Source: Eledone cirrhosa (lineage: Eukaryota). Taken from it: a stretch of DNA of 64,000 bases. The stretch's first letter is position 1. Every line of letters begins with the position of its first letter. Shown piece after piece: positions 22,790-36,199 of the stretch. The stretch is taken from assembly GCA_964016885.1 (NCBI GenBank), contig OZ024744.1, positions 75,330,001 to 75,394,000 on the forward strand. Reading direction: 5' to 3'. A model generated the notes under the pieces. The model saw nothing but the letters and a program-made list of their open reading frames with translations. It had not been told where the DNA came from and made no database searches. The position numbers were made by a program, and so were the translations under genes.

Positions 22790-22905
22790 GATCTGAGTTC
22801 AAATCCCGCCGAGGTTAACTTTGCCTTTCATCCATACTGGTTCGATAAAATAAAGTACCAGTAATGTACTGGGTAATTGCTGGCCTTGTGCTAAAAGTAA
22901 ACACA

Positions 22906-22935
<30 letters not shown>
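22790..22935 (+). mobile_element. SINE, 5'-truncated, (ATT)n tail
   Basis: Box B through tail match family. Confidence 0.9.
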
Positions 22936-22938
<3 letters not shown>

Positions 22939-22959
22939 ATAAATATCATCATCATCATC

Positions 22960-23645
22960 ATCAGCCTCATTCGTTTTTGCTCTGTCAGTTGTTATACCGA
23001 CACTATACCAAAAGAGCAGGACAATTGGCAAATTCCCTTTCGGTCATTCCTTCTTCAACTTTCTAACACCCTCCTTGAATCCTTGCTGTTCCTAGCAAAG
23101 CTGTTTTCTGCAATGTTCATCATGTCCTGCAAGATCATATACTATCCGTTTTCAGTAAACCTTTCTGGTTAGTGTTCATGCCATTTCTCACTTCTGCTCA
23201 TATCATACTTATGTCATAGTTTCCCAATGAACCAATCTAGCAATGTTGTTGTGCCTTCTCTTGTGCCCTTTCTGAGCGAGAATCTTACATTCACTAATAA
23301 TGTGGTTTATTGTTTCACCTTTCACACCATACAACCTACAAAGTGGGGAATTCACCGGCTTGTCAATATTGATCTTGATATAGTTCCTTCTCAGTGCCAG
23401 TTCCTTGGCAGCAAAAATAACCTCTCTTCTCCATTCAAGATCTTATTCAGTTGTTCAGCAATTCTCCCATGAAAGGCCCTCAATATTTTCAACCAGAGCC
23501 CTTGCACACCGTCTCTGTCGGGGCTTTTCCAATTTGGTATATTTCTACACTGGATAGTTATCATATCAGTTGCTATCTCTAATTCTCCCTTTTGGTCATC
23601 CCTAATGTCCTTTTTTATGTTAGTCAACCACTCCAGACTTCTATT
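22960..23645 (-). mobile_element. Highly degraded R4/Dong-type fragment
   Basis: ORF 23391-23627 reads [20 protein letters not shown], homologous to the RT-proximal region of the other copies. Confidence 0.7.
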
Positions 23646-24091
23646 ATGCTGTTTTTAATATTTTTAATATTATTATCATCACTAGCAGAAACCACCCTTC
23701 GAATGGTTTTCTGCTAGCATGTGTAGTGTGCATATTGATATTATGCACAAATATATATACATGTAGATATGATTCGTCAAATAAAATCGTAATTGACAAT
23801 ATAAACAGAAATTGAAGAGAGACTGTGTTACACTCTTTTCCGTAATCAGTAAAGTAATCCATGATACATTTAAAAAAGACGATATTATATACAAACATTA
23901 TATAACGATGCGAATATATGAACGTTTATATAACCGATATAATAGGGAGTACATTATATCATAACCGGAAGTATTGGCATTTGAAAATATTTAAATAAGT
24001 CAATCTTGAAATAAACAATAAAATTATTTATATTTAATCAAGAGTTACGAAATTTAGTAAATAAATTATATAATATTCATTCATTATTTAT

Positions 24092-24334
24092 TTTGGCAGT
24101 ATCGGTAGAGGGTCGGACGCCATGCTTTCTAGCATAGTTACGTCCCTTTACAGTCTGAGTTCAAATCCCGCCGAGGTTAACTTTGCCTTTCATCCTTACG
24201 GGGTCGATAAAATAAAGTACCAGTAATGTACTGGGTAATTGCTGGCCTTGTGCCTAAAGTAGAAACGATTATTTATTCAAAGTAATTGCTGGCCTTGTGC
24301 CAAAAGTAGAAACAATTATTTATTCAAAGTAATC
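24092..24334 (+). mobile_element. SINE with duplicated 3' tail
   Basis: Full family sequence; tail unit gtaattgctggccttgtgcc(t/a)aaagtagaaac(g/a)attatttattcaaa occurs twice. Confidence 0.9.
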
Positions 24335-24577
24335 CAAATTATTTTACAAAAGGGATAAAAAAAATATATTCAAGACGCAGTCCCGCACTCCTCCCTTTAG
24401 TATATTATGATTATTATTATGTTATTTCATATAGATCTGTGCTGTTTCTCTTTTGCTGGATTCAGACCTTGAACCTAGAGCAATAGAGGTTTTCACTGTA
24501 AAGAGAGAACTCGTCTGAGAATGTGTTCTTTTCATAGTAGCCCGATCTTCTGTAGCACATATTTACTGCTCGTGATT

Positions 24578-24945
24578 TACGGCATAGAGTTACGGTCCTT
24601 TATGTGCTAAGTTCAAATCATGCGGAAGTTACATTTGCCTTTCATCTTTACAGTGTCATTAACATAAAGTACTATCACATACTAGGGTCGATGTAATCGA
24701 CTTCTCCCCCCGACAAAAAAACAAAATTGCTGGCGTTGTGGCTAAATCGGAAACTATTATTATAGCAGTATCGGTAGAGAGACGAACACCATGCTTTGCA
24801 GCATAGAGTTACGTCCCTTTACGTTCTGAGTTCAAATCCCGCCGAGGTTAACTATGCCTTTCATCCTCACGGGGTCGATAAAGTAAAGTACCAGTAATGT
24901 ACTGGGATAAATGCTGGCCTTGTGCCAAAAGTAGAAGCAATTATT
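24578..24945 (+). mobile_element. Two head-to-tail SINEs (long-tail variant, then short-tail variant)
   Basis: First carries GGGTCGATGTAATCGACT..CCCCC insert; second begins in its ATT tail at ~24763. Confidence 0.85.
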
Positions 24946-25324
24946 CACATTATTAATTTCTAATGAAATGGATTATCTTTAAACTAGGTTTAATATATTA
25001 CTCTATGCATTTAAATGCTATCATCATCGTCAGCAGCAATAGAACTACAAGAAACGTTGGCTCATCAGCAAGCATCTACGCTCAACCTGCTAAAAAATCA
25101 GTTAATTTTCCCTTAAAACTTCTTTGCCGATTCATTAACATTTCCAGTATCTCAATTAATTTAGTTGTTTAATCATCAATGGTTTGGTAGGATTTAGTAA
25201 AATAATTAATTTCTTCATTGTGGAGCTGCTGTTTGGAACATAACATAAAGAAGGTTACGTACAATTTTGTGAACATGTTTAAATTTATATGAAATAGGTA
25301 CTTTAAAATAAATAAATTTAATTA

Positions 25325-25470
25325 CCGTATTTCCCGGCGGCGAAGACGCTTCGTACTCGAGGACGCACCCTAATATTGACAACCAAAAATTTGAAAAAAA
25401 ATAATAATAATAAACAACCTTCGGCCTCCAGGACGCATGGTTGATTTTTTAGACTAATTTGGGAAATATG
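25325..25470 (+). mobile_element. Possible Tc2/pogo-like DNA transposon end fragment
   Basis: TA followed by CCGTATTTCCCGGCG and repeated GACGCA subterminal motifs; recognised from memory, no partner TIR found. Confidence 0.4.
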
Positions 25471-25741
25471 GTTATAGATTCAGGAGCGGCGTTATGATGG
25501 TTGGTATCAAATGAGTAAAATAATGAAGGAATGTATTAGATAATGTAGACTTGCATACCTCTATAAAAAAGACAAGATGGTCATAGCTAGAATAATTTCA
25601 TCATATTTCTGTTCGGTCTGATTATACCTGCAAGTAAACAATAATCTTAGCGGTACTACAGTAACCATCATCACCATTATCGTTATCACCGCTACCGTCA
25701 GGAGAAGCAAAACAACCATGTTATCATCACCATTCATATGG

Positions 25742-25777
<36 letters not shown>

Positions 25778-26714
25778 ACAACAACAACAACAACACCATA
25801 ATTAATATCTCCACTATACCACCACAACTGCCATTGTCATCATCATCATCGTCGTCAGCAACATCCTCACCATCAGCAGTGGCTACCACATCATTATCTT
25901 CAAGGCCGCCATCATCATCATTAAATTTTTAGTCCGTTTATTACATACTGATGTATTATTGCAGCCATTTTCCTTTAATCTCTATTTAACTGCCTGCCAA
26001 GTAAGAGAGACATCCGTAAGAAAACGAGGGTAGTTTTTATGCATTTACTATAAAATAAACAGGGGGTAGAGAGGTTTCCTAGATAGCATCTTAATTGGAT
26101 AATATTCTGTAAAATGCCATGTTCTAGGATTAAGCAAGCTTATGCTTAGTTGTTTTTTTTACTGGATAGAAAAGAGTTAACGCTGGAACAGAAAAAAAAG
26201 ATATTTACAAAAAGAAAATTAACAAACAATAAAAACATTCAACGATAAATAATGAGCAAACGACAGAATCTGACAAGATATGTTGTCGATATAGACTAGA
26301 CGGATGTGGACAAGAAAGTAAAATAAAAATAAATAAATAAATAAATAAACAAATAAATAAATAAATAAATAAATAAATAAAGCGCTGTTATGTGTGAAGT
26401 TTAAAGGTTGAATGAGATAAAATAATCTTAAGATTTCTGCAAGTTAAAATGTATGTTTAATTTAACATAATAATGATTTCTTTAATTAGCTATGAAACCT
26501 TAAGCAATTTGATTCAAATCTGTTTCGTCTAGTGCCATAAACAAAGAAGAAACGCCGAAAACATGAAATCTAATATGCACTACCATTTTTTCTTTTCTTT
26601 TTCAAAGAGTTTCAATTGGTTACAACACTTTTTTATATTCACAGATGGACGAAAGTTCAGTGATTTTTATTCTTTCCATGAATGTTTTTGTAGACGTTTC
26701 AGGGAAAATAATTA

Positions 26715-26890
26715 TTTCTACTTTTCGCACAAGGCCGGCAATTATTCCAGTGCATTACTGGTACTTTATTTTATCAACCCCGTAAGGATGAAAGGCAACG
26801 TTAACTTCGGCGGGATTTGAACTCAGACCATAAAGGGCCGTAACTTTTTGCTGCAAAGCATGGCGTCCGACCCTCTACCGATACTGCCAA
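26715..26890 (-). mobile_element. SINE
   Basis: Reverse complement of family consensus. Confidence 0.9.
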
Positions 26891-27499
26891 AAAATAATGT
26901 TTGGGGGTTTTCGTTCTTGAATATTTGATATATGAAATGTATATGAAATATATATATATATGATATATAAAGAAATGTGTCTTGCCATATAGTTAAATAT
27001 GACATAAAGAAATCTAAAAAGTGTAATCCTTATGAATTATATATGCTCCTGTACTCATTTAAATTTTTAAAAGAAAATATATTTTTTCCAAACAGCAAAT
27101 AGATTCTCTACTGGACCGTACGCCTAGCTGACAATTTACTGTCATGATATAAGTAGCTGAGAGGTTACGCATCCATGATCTCTTTTCTTAATCTGTTACA
27201 TCTTATCACACAAATATAGAAAATCTAACTTAAACGTTAAATTAGTTAAATTACTGTGAATTCAGTGCGCAACAAACCATTAAATTATAATGATAAACAT
27301 CATTTAATTCTGTTCAAAATGATTTCTTGTAATAAGTACGGTCTGGAATACCGAGCAGATGATGGTTCTATTTACAGGAAATAAGAAAATGATATTTGAG
27401 AGATGACATGGATAAAAATGAGAAATCCGATACAGAGTTTTAAAACAATTATTATTATTTTTCTGACCTTACCATAATCTATAAAAATATATAGTAAAA

Positions 27500-27692
27500 T
27501 AATTGTTTCTACTTTTTGGCACAAGACCAGCAACTCTCAATGCATTACTGGTTCTTTATTTTATCGCCTCCGTAAGGATGAAAGGCAAAGTTAACCTCGG
27601 CGGGAATTGAACTCAGACCGTAAAGGGCTGTAACACTATGCTGCAAAGCATGGTGTCCGATCCTCTACCTATACTGCCAATCCACCGCCGTA
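27500..27692 (-). mobile_element. SINE
   Basis: Reverse complement of family consensus incl. GGCGGTGGATTGGCAG head. Confidence 0.9.
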
Positions 27693-28384
27693 TTATTGCA
27701 AACTAATATGGACATTACAACAGATAGGCATCAACAAATGTCCGCCCTTTCCTACAATACTTTCTAACTAATTCGTTCAACCTATTAAAAAATTGAAGCA
27801 GCTTTTTCAAATAGACCCTTCCACTCCAAGGTCAGGACACATTAGATCATGTAACCTTTTTAAGTCTGCTTGGAGGTCCATCAGCTTGTAGCTTTTCCCG
27901 ACTAACATGTCTACATGACTGCCCAGAGTGGAGCATCGATGCATCGCAAAGGTAATATTCTAATGTGGGTGGTGCTCCTGTTATTGGTACTACACATTTG
28001 TTTTCAGTTGCGTGGACTAAAGCTACGTGAAGAGGAGTGCGTTGTATAAAAAAATAACTTTAAATTCACGACTTCTATAATGTAATCACTAAGCCTGCCA
28101 TGGTCATGGATGACACCTTTGATCATAGGTTCCATCGATAACATATTAACCTAGGGCCAAACGAAAATAATAAGATCAACAAAACTTCTATATTTTCAAT
28201 GTTTATCATCTACCCAAACGCTTATAGTGTTAACTCCTTCTTCAACACTGTCTTAGTATCTTATTTTAATAGGTATTGTATAATAGTATTTATTTGTCAT
28301 TAACACAGCATTTACCGGTGATTATGAATTTGTAGATTGTCGGTGTCAGTGAGCCTAGAATAATAAATATATCAGTGTTTTAAT

Positions 28385-28455
28385 ATTGTGTGTGCCTGTG
28401 TGTGTATGTGTGTGATATGTGCGTATATACATAACTATATATATATATATATAGT

Positions 28456-28517
<62 letters not shown>

Positions 28518-28575
28518 TGTATATATATAGTTATGTATATATATATATATATACATAACTATATATATACATAAC

Positions 28576-28623
<48 letters not shown>

Positions 28624-28627
28624 TATA

Positions 28628-28664
<37 letters not shown>

Positions 28665-28685
28665 AATTATATATATATATATTTA
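28385..28685. repeat. (TA)n microsatellite with interspersed inverted cataact/agttatg units
   Basis: Direct reading. Confidence 0.9.
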
Positions 28686-29154
28686 AATATTCTAAACTAA
28701 ATCTACTTTTTCCATTTGTGTTCATTGATTCCATTCTTTGTGTGTTTTTTTGTTTGTTTGGTTAGCTGTTTGTGCGCTTTATATTCTCTTTCTTTCTCCG
28801 AAAAGGAATATATTCTCATTCTTAGGCGGTCTTCTTTATATTGATGCTATGTCTGTCTTGAAGACTTCAACCCCATTAAATATTCACATCTGATACTTTA
28901 ATCATCTTATCAGTATCTTCTCAGTTCTACGTTGCAAGGAATCAATCCAACCACGCACACTAACACACACATTCTCACATAACTGCGCACACATATGTAC
29001 AGTCATGAACAGAAACACAACACTTACTTCTACACGAACATACACGTGTTGACACAATTACATACACTGGCGTGTACAGACACAAGTACACGTACATAGC
29101 CACAAATATATTCAAACATACACAAATAATCACACATGCTTTCATATATCTACG

Positions 29155-29245
<91 letters not shown>

Positions 29246-29359
29246 GTGTGTGTGTGTGTGTATATATATAGCATATATATACATATAAATATATGTATAT
29301 ATATATACATATACTGTGACAGACAAACAGACAGACATTCTCTGTTTTATATATATATA

Positions 29360-29700
29360 TGCAGAAGTTATATTTAATTTGTTGGGATTCCAACAAGCTT
29401 AAAAGTTTATAACTGATATAAAGCACTCAACAGTTTACTAGAGTAAATATTCAATATATTAATAAATGGAAACTATATTTATAGAACCATAATTATTTTA
29501 TTATAGATATATTTCAAGGACAACCAAATGTTGACATAACCGTCAAGGTTGTTTTTCCACGGTTATGTCAACATTCATAAAACAAATCTTGTATTTTATC
29601 TGATGAAAACGCACCAAGACTGCCTTGGTTGCCCATGAAATATATATAATAAAATAATTATGGTTTTATAAATATAGTTTCCATTTATTAATATATTGTA
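29360..29700. mobile_element. Penelope-like pLTR-type repeat in inverted (foldback) arrangement
   Basis: Left arm matches 57705-57905; right arm is the reverse complement and carries a hammerhead motif; flanked by (TA)n. Confidence 0.65.
29593..29655 (+). ncRNA. Putative minimal type I hammerhead ribozyme (stem II base degenerate)
   Basis: ATTTTAT-CTGATGA-stem II(GCA.CCAAG/CTTGG.TGC)-GAAA-TATATATA-ATAAAAT; stem I 7 bp. Confidence 0.6.
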
Positions 29701-29774
29701 TATATATATATATTTATTTATAATATATATTTATATATATATATTTACAAACACACATAAACTAACACACACAC

Positions 29775-29853
<79 letters not shown>

Positions 29854-30236
29854 GAGAGAGAGAGAGAGCGAAAAACAAATAAAAGCACAGTGATACAATT
29901 CCACAAATTCTTATATGTTTCGTGCGTGCCGGCTAGAAAAGGAAAAGGAAAGTGTTGAATGTATCGGATGATTGTCCTTTTTCAAAAAAGAGTAAAGTTA
30001 GGAGAAAGAGGATGTTGGAAGTTTGAGAGAAATAAAAAAGTATTTTTCAGTATGAGTGTTGTGAACGGGCATGTAGTTAGCGTACGGGAGTGGTTGCGGA
30101 GCGTCTAGGTTATCTTTGTCACTGTTATGTGTATGTCAAAGGGACTCGCGTGAGTCTGTATTTGTCTGTTTGGTTGCGTATGTACATGTTGTTTGTGTTT
30201 AATTGTGTTGCTTGTGAGCGTGTGTGTGTGTGTGTA

Positions 30237-30267
<31 letters not shown>

Positions 30268-31024
30268 ACACGCGTATATGTGTATATGCCTATGTGTTTA
30301 TTTCTTCGATTAATCCATCACTATGACATCTCACGTGTACAACACCACCAGCTGTAGCTCATTATAACTAGGGAGAAAGTAATTGAAAGATCTTCAACCT
30401 TGGTACACTTGCACCAATTCCCGCCGTCGAAATATGGCACAGAACAGTCGACACCTCTCGTTCCTCGTCACAAAGCCAATGAGAGTCGATGAGCTGCACT
30501 TCAATTCCATCAACTTGTGTAGTAGGAAACGTGAAAGATTCTCCAGAACAGTAAATCAAAGATAAAGAATGGGACCAATAGAAATAAAAGGAATTCACAC
30601 TAAAAGAAAGAGCCTGAAAGATCCTCTCTAACTGATGCCCTTTCTGGAATGGCTGGACTTCACCGTAATTCGAAGAAATAAGACGAGGGATGGGAAACGA
30701 TTATTAAATGTTCACAGAGAAAAAGTGGTTGTTTTTCTTCCATATCACTAGACCAGCTGAATGATTATTGTTATGATCAGGCATTGGCAAATATTTAGAG
30801 CAGGAGACCGCATAGAATGGGTTGAACTACTAATTTTGAAATTAGATGTGCCATTCAGAAAGCCAAACGGGCCGCAGTTTGCCCAAAACTGGCTTAGATT
30901 GTATAGAACATTTCAAGGCTCGGCTAAGATGTTCGCAGGAAATTTTGAACGACCCCTGTTTGCAGAAGATGATAAGTAATCGGAGCCGTGAGTTGATGTT
31001 CCAAGATCACATATCCTAAGTTCT

Positions 31025-31025
31025 G

Positions 31026-31081
<56 letters not shown>

Positions 31082-31400
31082 CTTCTTCTTCTTCTTCTTC
31101 TTCTTCTTCTTCTTCTTCTTCTTCTTCTTCTTCTTCTTCTTCTTGGGAGCATCATGGGGCAGAGTCCTCAAACACGCCTCCTGAAGCTCCTATCAAAAGA
31201 AACCGTCTCCAAATGATCTGGCTTGATCCCCAAGTGAGACTAATCAAGCTTATGGATGTTATCCAGCCATCTTGCTCGTGGGCTACTTCTAAGTCTCATG
31301 GTAGTTGGATTTTCCCATAAAATCTCTCCATCGATTCTTTCCTGAGACATTCAAATCTCATATCCGTAATATTGGAGCTGTGATCTCACAATTCGGAAAC
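31025..31400 (-). mobile_element. RTE-clade LINE 3' remnant with (AGA)n(ACT)n microsatellite tail
   Basis: 31200-31360 is the diverged reverse complement of 55135-55262 (R.RGRP..RWLDNI-type ORF end); abuts compound microsatellite 31025-31143. Confidence 0.6.
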
Positions 31401-31981
31401 GTAGAGGCTCTACTTAAAGCGACTTTCTGATCTTCGAGTAACATTACATCAATGACTCTTTGAAGGAACATAATTTCGCCAGCTTTTATTCGCGATCGTA
31501 TTCATTCTAAAATGGTGTACACATAATCTTTTAATGGGAAGGGACAAGAGATACCTTCTACAGGGTCAACGCCCCCCTCTCTCTATATATATATTTATAT
31601 ATATATATTGATTTATTTACCATAAGAACAGATTAAAGTTTACGCAAAGAATCGCTGCTAAGATCCGTTAAGGGTGAAAGCAGCTTGAACTTTAATCTGT
31701 TCTTATATTAAATATTTGCTCTAGAGGTTTATATATATATAATAGTGAAAGATTGAAGAATAACATGGTCGGCTGTGCACAAAGGGTTTTATTTACAGTA
31801 TTAACAATTATTTCATTGATCAGGTGAGTCTAAAGGCCCCTAATTACTCGAAGTTGCGTTACCCGACCTTAAATACAGTGTGTGTTTCTGATCAAATCAT
31901 CGGAATACTGGTACAGAGTTCTCACAACCTCTAACTGGATTACCTAAAACGATAACTTATTATCCCATATATATATATATA

Positions 31982-34900
31982 CTAGCAGCTGAGCCTGGTT
32001 GCACACGAGGCTACTCGGGGCCACTTTTTATTAAGTTAATAAGTTGAGGGGCGACTGAAGAGAGTGGTTTGACAGAGAGACGTTGGGTGGAGTAGGGTTC
32101 AAAGATCTTATTGCAGGGCTTCTTTGTAGACAACGTTCCTGGTGTTGCCCGGGTTACCACAAATGAAGAGATTGTGTGGACTGCCGACGCGGGTGCATCC
32201 GACGTACAGTTGACCATGGGAAAATACCTGCTGTGTTAGATTTAGGCCAACCACTTGCAGCGATTGTCCTTGTGCTTTGTTAATGCTCATTGCAAAGCAG
32301 AGTTTTATGGGAAACTGCCTCCACGTAAATTCATAGGGGACGTCAGAGAGACTAAGGCTCATAGGGGTAATTAACCTGGTCACGCCAGCAGCGGGTCCGC
32401 TCAAAATGGTTGTCTCCAGAATTTGGGTCCTTATTTTTTTATGATTAAACTCGTTCCGTTGCATAGTTCTGGTGCATCCAGGTTTCTCAGCAGCACAACT
32501 GGCACAACAACCTTCAGTTTCAGATCATGAGGAGGAAGTCCTGGAGGTAGTTGACTGTTGAGGAATTCAATTGGGTAGATGACGGCGTCGTCCGCGTTTT
32601 TATTGGTGTCAATCGACTTGAAGAAGACTTCATTTCCGGGAATCTGATCGAGAACTGTTTGGTTCATCACGTCAACAGTGGCTTTGTGTGGTGCCAAAAT
32701 AGCTCTCCCTTTCAGTCAGGTGTGATCATGAAATCGTGATTCAAGGTCTGGAAATACAGATGACATTAATTCGTCAATGTTTGACACATTGTTCCCAAAA
32801 GGCAACGGATATGCTCTTCATCCAATCCAGGTGTAGTTCCATTACCAACTTCCAGTAGATGTTTTGAGAAATCGATAGAGTTTGCGTCACCGTGCACATA
32901 CACTCTCATGTTGGTAGTCAGATGTAGTTTGTGAACATGCTGCCATACGTAGGACGACTTGATGCATGCGTTCACTTCGTCGTGCCTCTAGTGATAACAG
33001 GAAGAGTCTGTCGGAAATCGCCAGCCAGCAGTACTATCGCTCCACCCATGACGCATGAGTTCCGACGCAACTCCTTGAGAGTTCGATCCAGAGCCTCAAA
33101 CGTAGCCTCGTCCCATATGATCAGGCAGCACTCAGAAAGAAGATGTGCTTTAGGTCGCCACAATCTATTCTACATGTAGGATTCTCCTTCTTTGCAATGT
33201 CCAAAGGCAATTTGAATGCGGAGTGTGCCGTACGACCGCCATGTAGCAGTGTCGCTGCAACACCACTGGAGGCGACCGCTAAAGCAACCCGCTTGTCTTT
33301 TCGTAGCTTCGCAAGCAAAAGATTGATGGGAAAAGTTTTTCCTGTTCCGCCAGGAGCATCCAGGAAAAATAGCCGTCCCTCATTTGAATTGACACTGGAG
33401 AGAATTCTGTCATATGCCCGTCTCTGGTCATGCAAAAGTCTGGGTTCGTCCTGAGCTACCTGATGTGTCATATCGTCAATGTTGTAATTTAACTCACGCA
33501 TGAACTCCACATCTAAAGCACTGTGAGTGTTTCGAGGTTGTGACAAACCGAAACCAGATACACCGCCAACTCCAAGAGCTTTCAGATGGTTGTCCATGTC
33601 GATGAGGGTCTCATTGTACACCGCGTCGTTGAAAGCAAAGCCAGCCGCTGGATCTTCTGCTAGTAATCTACGGAGGATGTTCTCTGACATGTTGTCCTTA
33701 TGCGTTTCCCAAAGCTTAAGGGGCTCACCTATGCCGCAGAACAATAGCATTATGCAAAACATCGTCTCATTTCTCGAGGCATCTTACATTCAGCAGCCTC
33801 TGTCAACACCACGTTCAGGTGGGCATCATCCTCGAGCAGCCCGCGCTTCACGCACGCGTCCCTGTGACTGGAACAAAGGTGGCCATCGAAAAGTCTCAGG
33901 TCGGCGAATGACTTGGGCCCTTTTATTTGATGCAGCAACATTCGCAGGAAAAAGCATTCTTGTTGCTTCGGATGAACATTGTACACACGTCCGATGACAT
34001 TATTTCTGAAGACACCTACCCAATCCTCAACTTTTTCCCCTTATCGCCGCCGATGCCATTTTTTGTTCGACCAAGTGAAGTAGGTAGGTACATCGACGTA
34101 AAAAAGGGTAACTGCAAACGTATCGACTGAACATAGCTTTAAAAATGCTGTAAGCGTCGTCTCAGGTTGCTGTTCGGCAGCAGCCGATGCCGTTTCCTCA
34201 GTGAAATAAACGCGTTGACCATTCTCTAAGTGAACATCCAAGTTGACAACTGCTGGAGAGCAGCGGTGAATTTCAAGCCCCTAAATTCGCCAAGCCGCCA
34301 TATTGGACGAAATGTATCTTCCCAACATGAACTGAGTAATTTCGTCTTTTGATTCTACGCCATCACTGAGGCCAACCACCGCCATGTCGCCGCCTTTGTT
34401 GATGTATTTGCAGATATATTTAATGCTTTTAACAGATGTGCAGGACTCCACATTGATGTGAGCATTAAGAATTTTAGCAAGCAAAGGGCTGTAAGGCAGC
34501 ACCCAGCTGTTGTCAATGTCGTATTCTGTCCCTTTCTTCTTAATCCTAGCTGAAAGGCCGCCAAAATCGGGAGCACGCCGCCGGTAGATGGGGTAACCGT
34601 CAACCCCAGTGCAAGTTTCCCTGGTGAAGGCTCTGGGGTAGTCTTTGGTGCACTTGCTCCCCTCCATGCATGAATGTTGGCTGTTAATGGCACCACAGGG
34701 TCCATGTATCATATTAGCCAGCACAATGTTGTAAAGCTGCAAATCAATTTGGGGATCGGGCAACTCTGCACATATAACGCGATCAATGTCCGTAGGTCTG
34801 ATTCGTTCTTTGCACTAAATAAGAATATCTGCGTGTGGAAGACCCCGCTTCTGCCATTCTACAGGATACATCCAAGCATTGAGTTGTCCGTAGATGGCCT

Positions 34901-35670
34901 TATCTTTCAGCAAGCACATTAGTTTCTTCAACTTTCCGTGGAAGACTCTGGTTGTAATATCATGCCTGTCACTCGTCATCTGGCCCGCGAATACATTCTT
35001 AATCTCCACCCACTTAGGATTACATGTGAAGGTAATAAAAAGATCCGGCCGCCCAAACTTACGGACATACGCCATGGCATCCTGTGTCCGTTTATGCATG
35101 TCCGGAATGAGCCACTAAAGCTTGAAGGAAGGATCACCTGATGCCCAACATTGGTTGCGTCACCGTCACGCTGAAAATCATCCTTAAGATGCGCGTATTG
35201 AACCCCTCTTAGTTCTTTTTGACGGGTGAGTATGGACAGAAGACGTTCCGCTTCAATCTTTGCGTACATATCAACCAAGAACTGGTTTGTCACCACTTTG
35301 AACCTAAGTAGTTGGACAAAAGGGTAGTACCAATGCTCTGATTGTCATGAAAATGTACACATTAATGTAAAAGGTGCCGAGGAAGCGACAAATCTACTTG
35401 GGGTTCTCTAAATTGAAAAATGTGGTCTCTGGGGCCAATTTAACTGCTTCACTCTCTCTGTCGCTCTTCACTCCCTATATGACAACACTGAAGAGAGAGA
35501 TAGGCCGTTAGACAGAGAGAGAGACAATTAAAGTGTTAGATTTTCAGAGAGAGAGACTGTGTGTGTGAGAAAGAAAGAGAGAGAGAGAGAGATAGAGAGA
35601 CAGACAGACAGAGAGACAGAGAGGGACCAGCAAACTTTAGTTAACTTTCAGTAACATGTTATATATCTTT
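31982..35670 (-). mobile_element. Helitron, decayed autonomous copy (Rep HUH domain + PIF1-like helicase)
   Basis: PDLFITFTCNPKW, EWQKRGLPHADIL, MIHGPCG, KYICKYINKG (Rep); DAPGGTGKT, GRTAHSAF, IIWDEA, GDFRQTLPV, FAMSINKAQGQSL, FSHGQLYV (helicase); 3' hairpin + CTAG|T at 31982; 5' end approximate. Confidence 0.93.
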
Positions 35671-36199
35671 GATCTGTCGTCGCTCGCATACCTCACACAC
35701 ACACGATACTTATATAAAGCTGAGCGTCGTGTGTATGTGTGTATGTATGTATCCTACTCACCTCCCTATAATATTTAACCTAAAATACTTTTATATCCAT
35801 CTCTTAATGAAGCATTTCCAATTTATTATACATAAACAATGACATTAATTTTCCACTTTTAGCTTAGCATTTTACATTTAATGCCTCCTTTTTTTAGTGC
35901 AACTTTTCATTGAAACGACTACGTGCTCTCAGTGGTTCAGTATTTAACCTAAAATACTTTTACACTGCTTCTATAGTATCGGTATACGATATGCCTAACC
36001 GAAAACGACCAGTAGTTTCTTCTAAACGAAATAAAGCCCTTAAACTGTGAAGAATGGAGGCGCGTGTGCAGGTACGTTTTTTATCGATATCCTTTATTAT
36101 TTTGCTTCTTTTATCTCCATAAAAATACTATTTCTGTTTTGAGAAGTTGTAAAACAGTAATGGCCGAGTTAAAGCATTCAGTTTTTGTTTAACTCCAGG

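Noticed and set aside
30330-31015. Possible LINE endonuclease remnant or host exon
   Set aside because: Composition suggests decayed coding sequence, but no motif could be identified with confidence.
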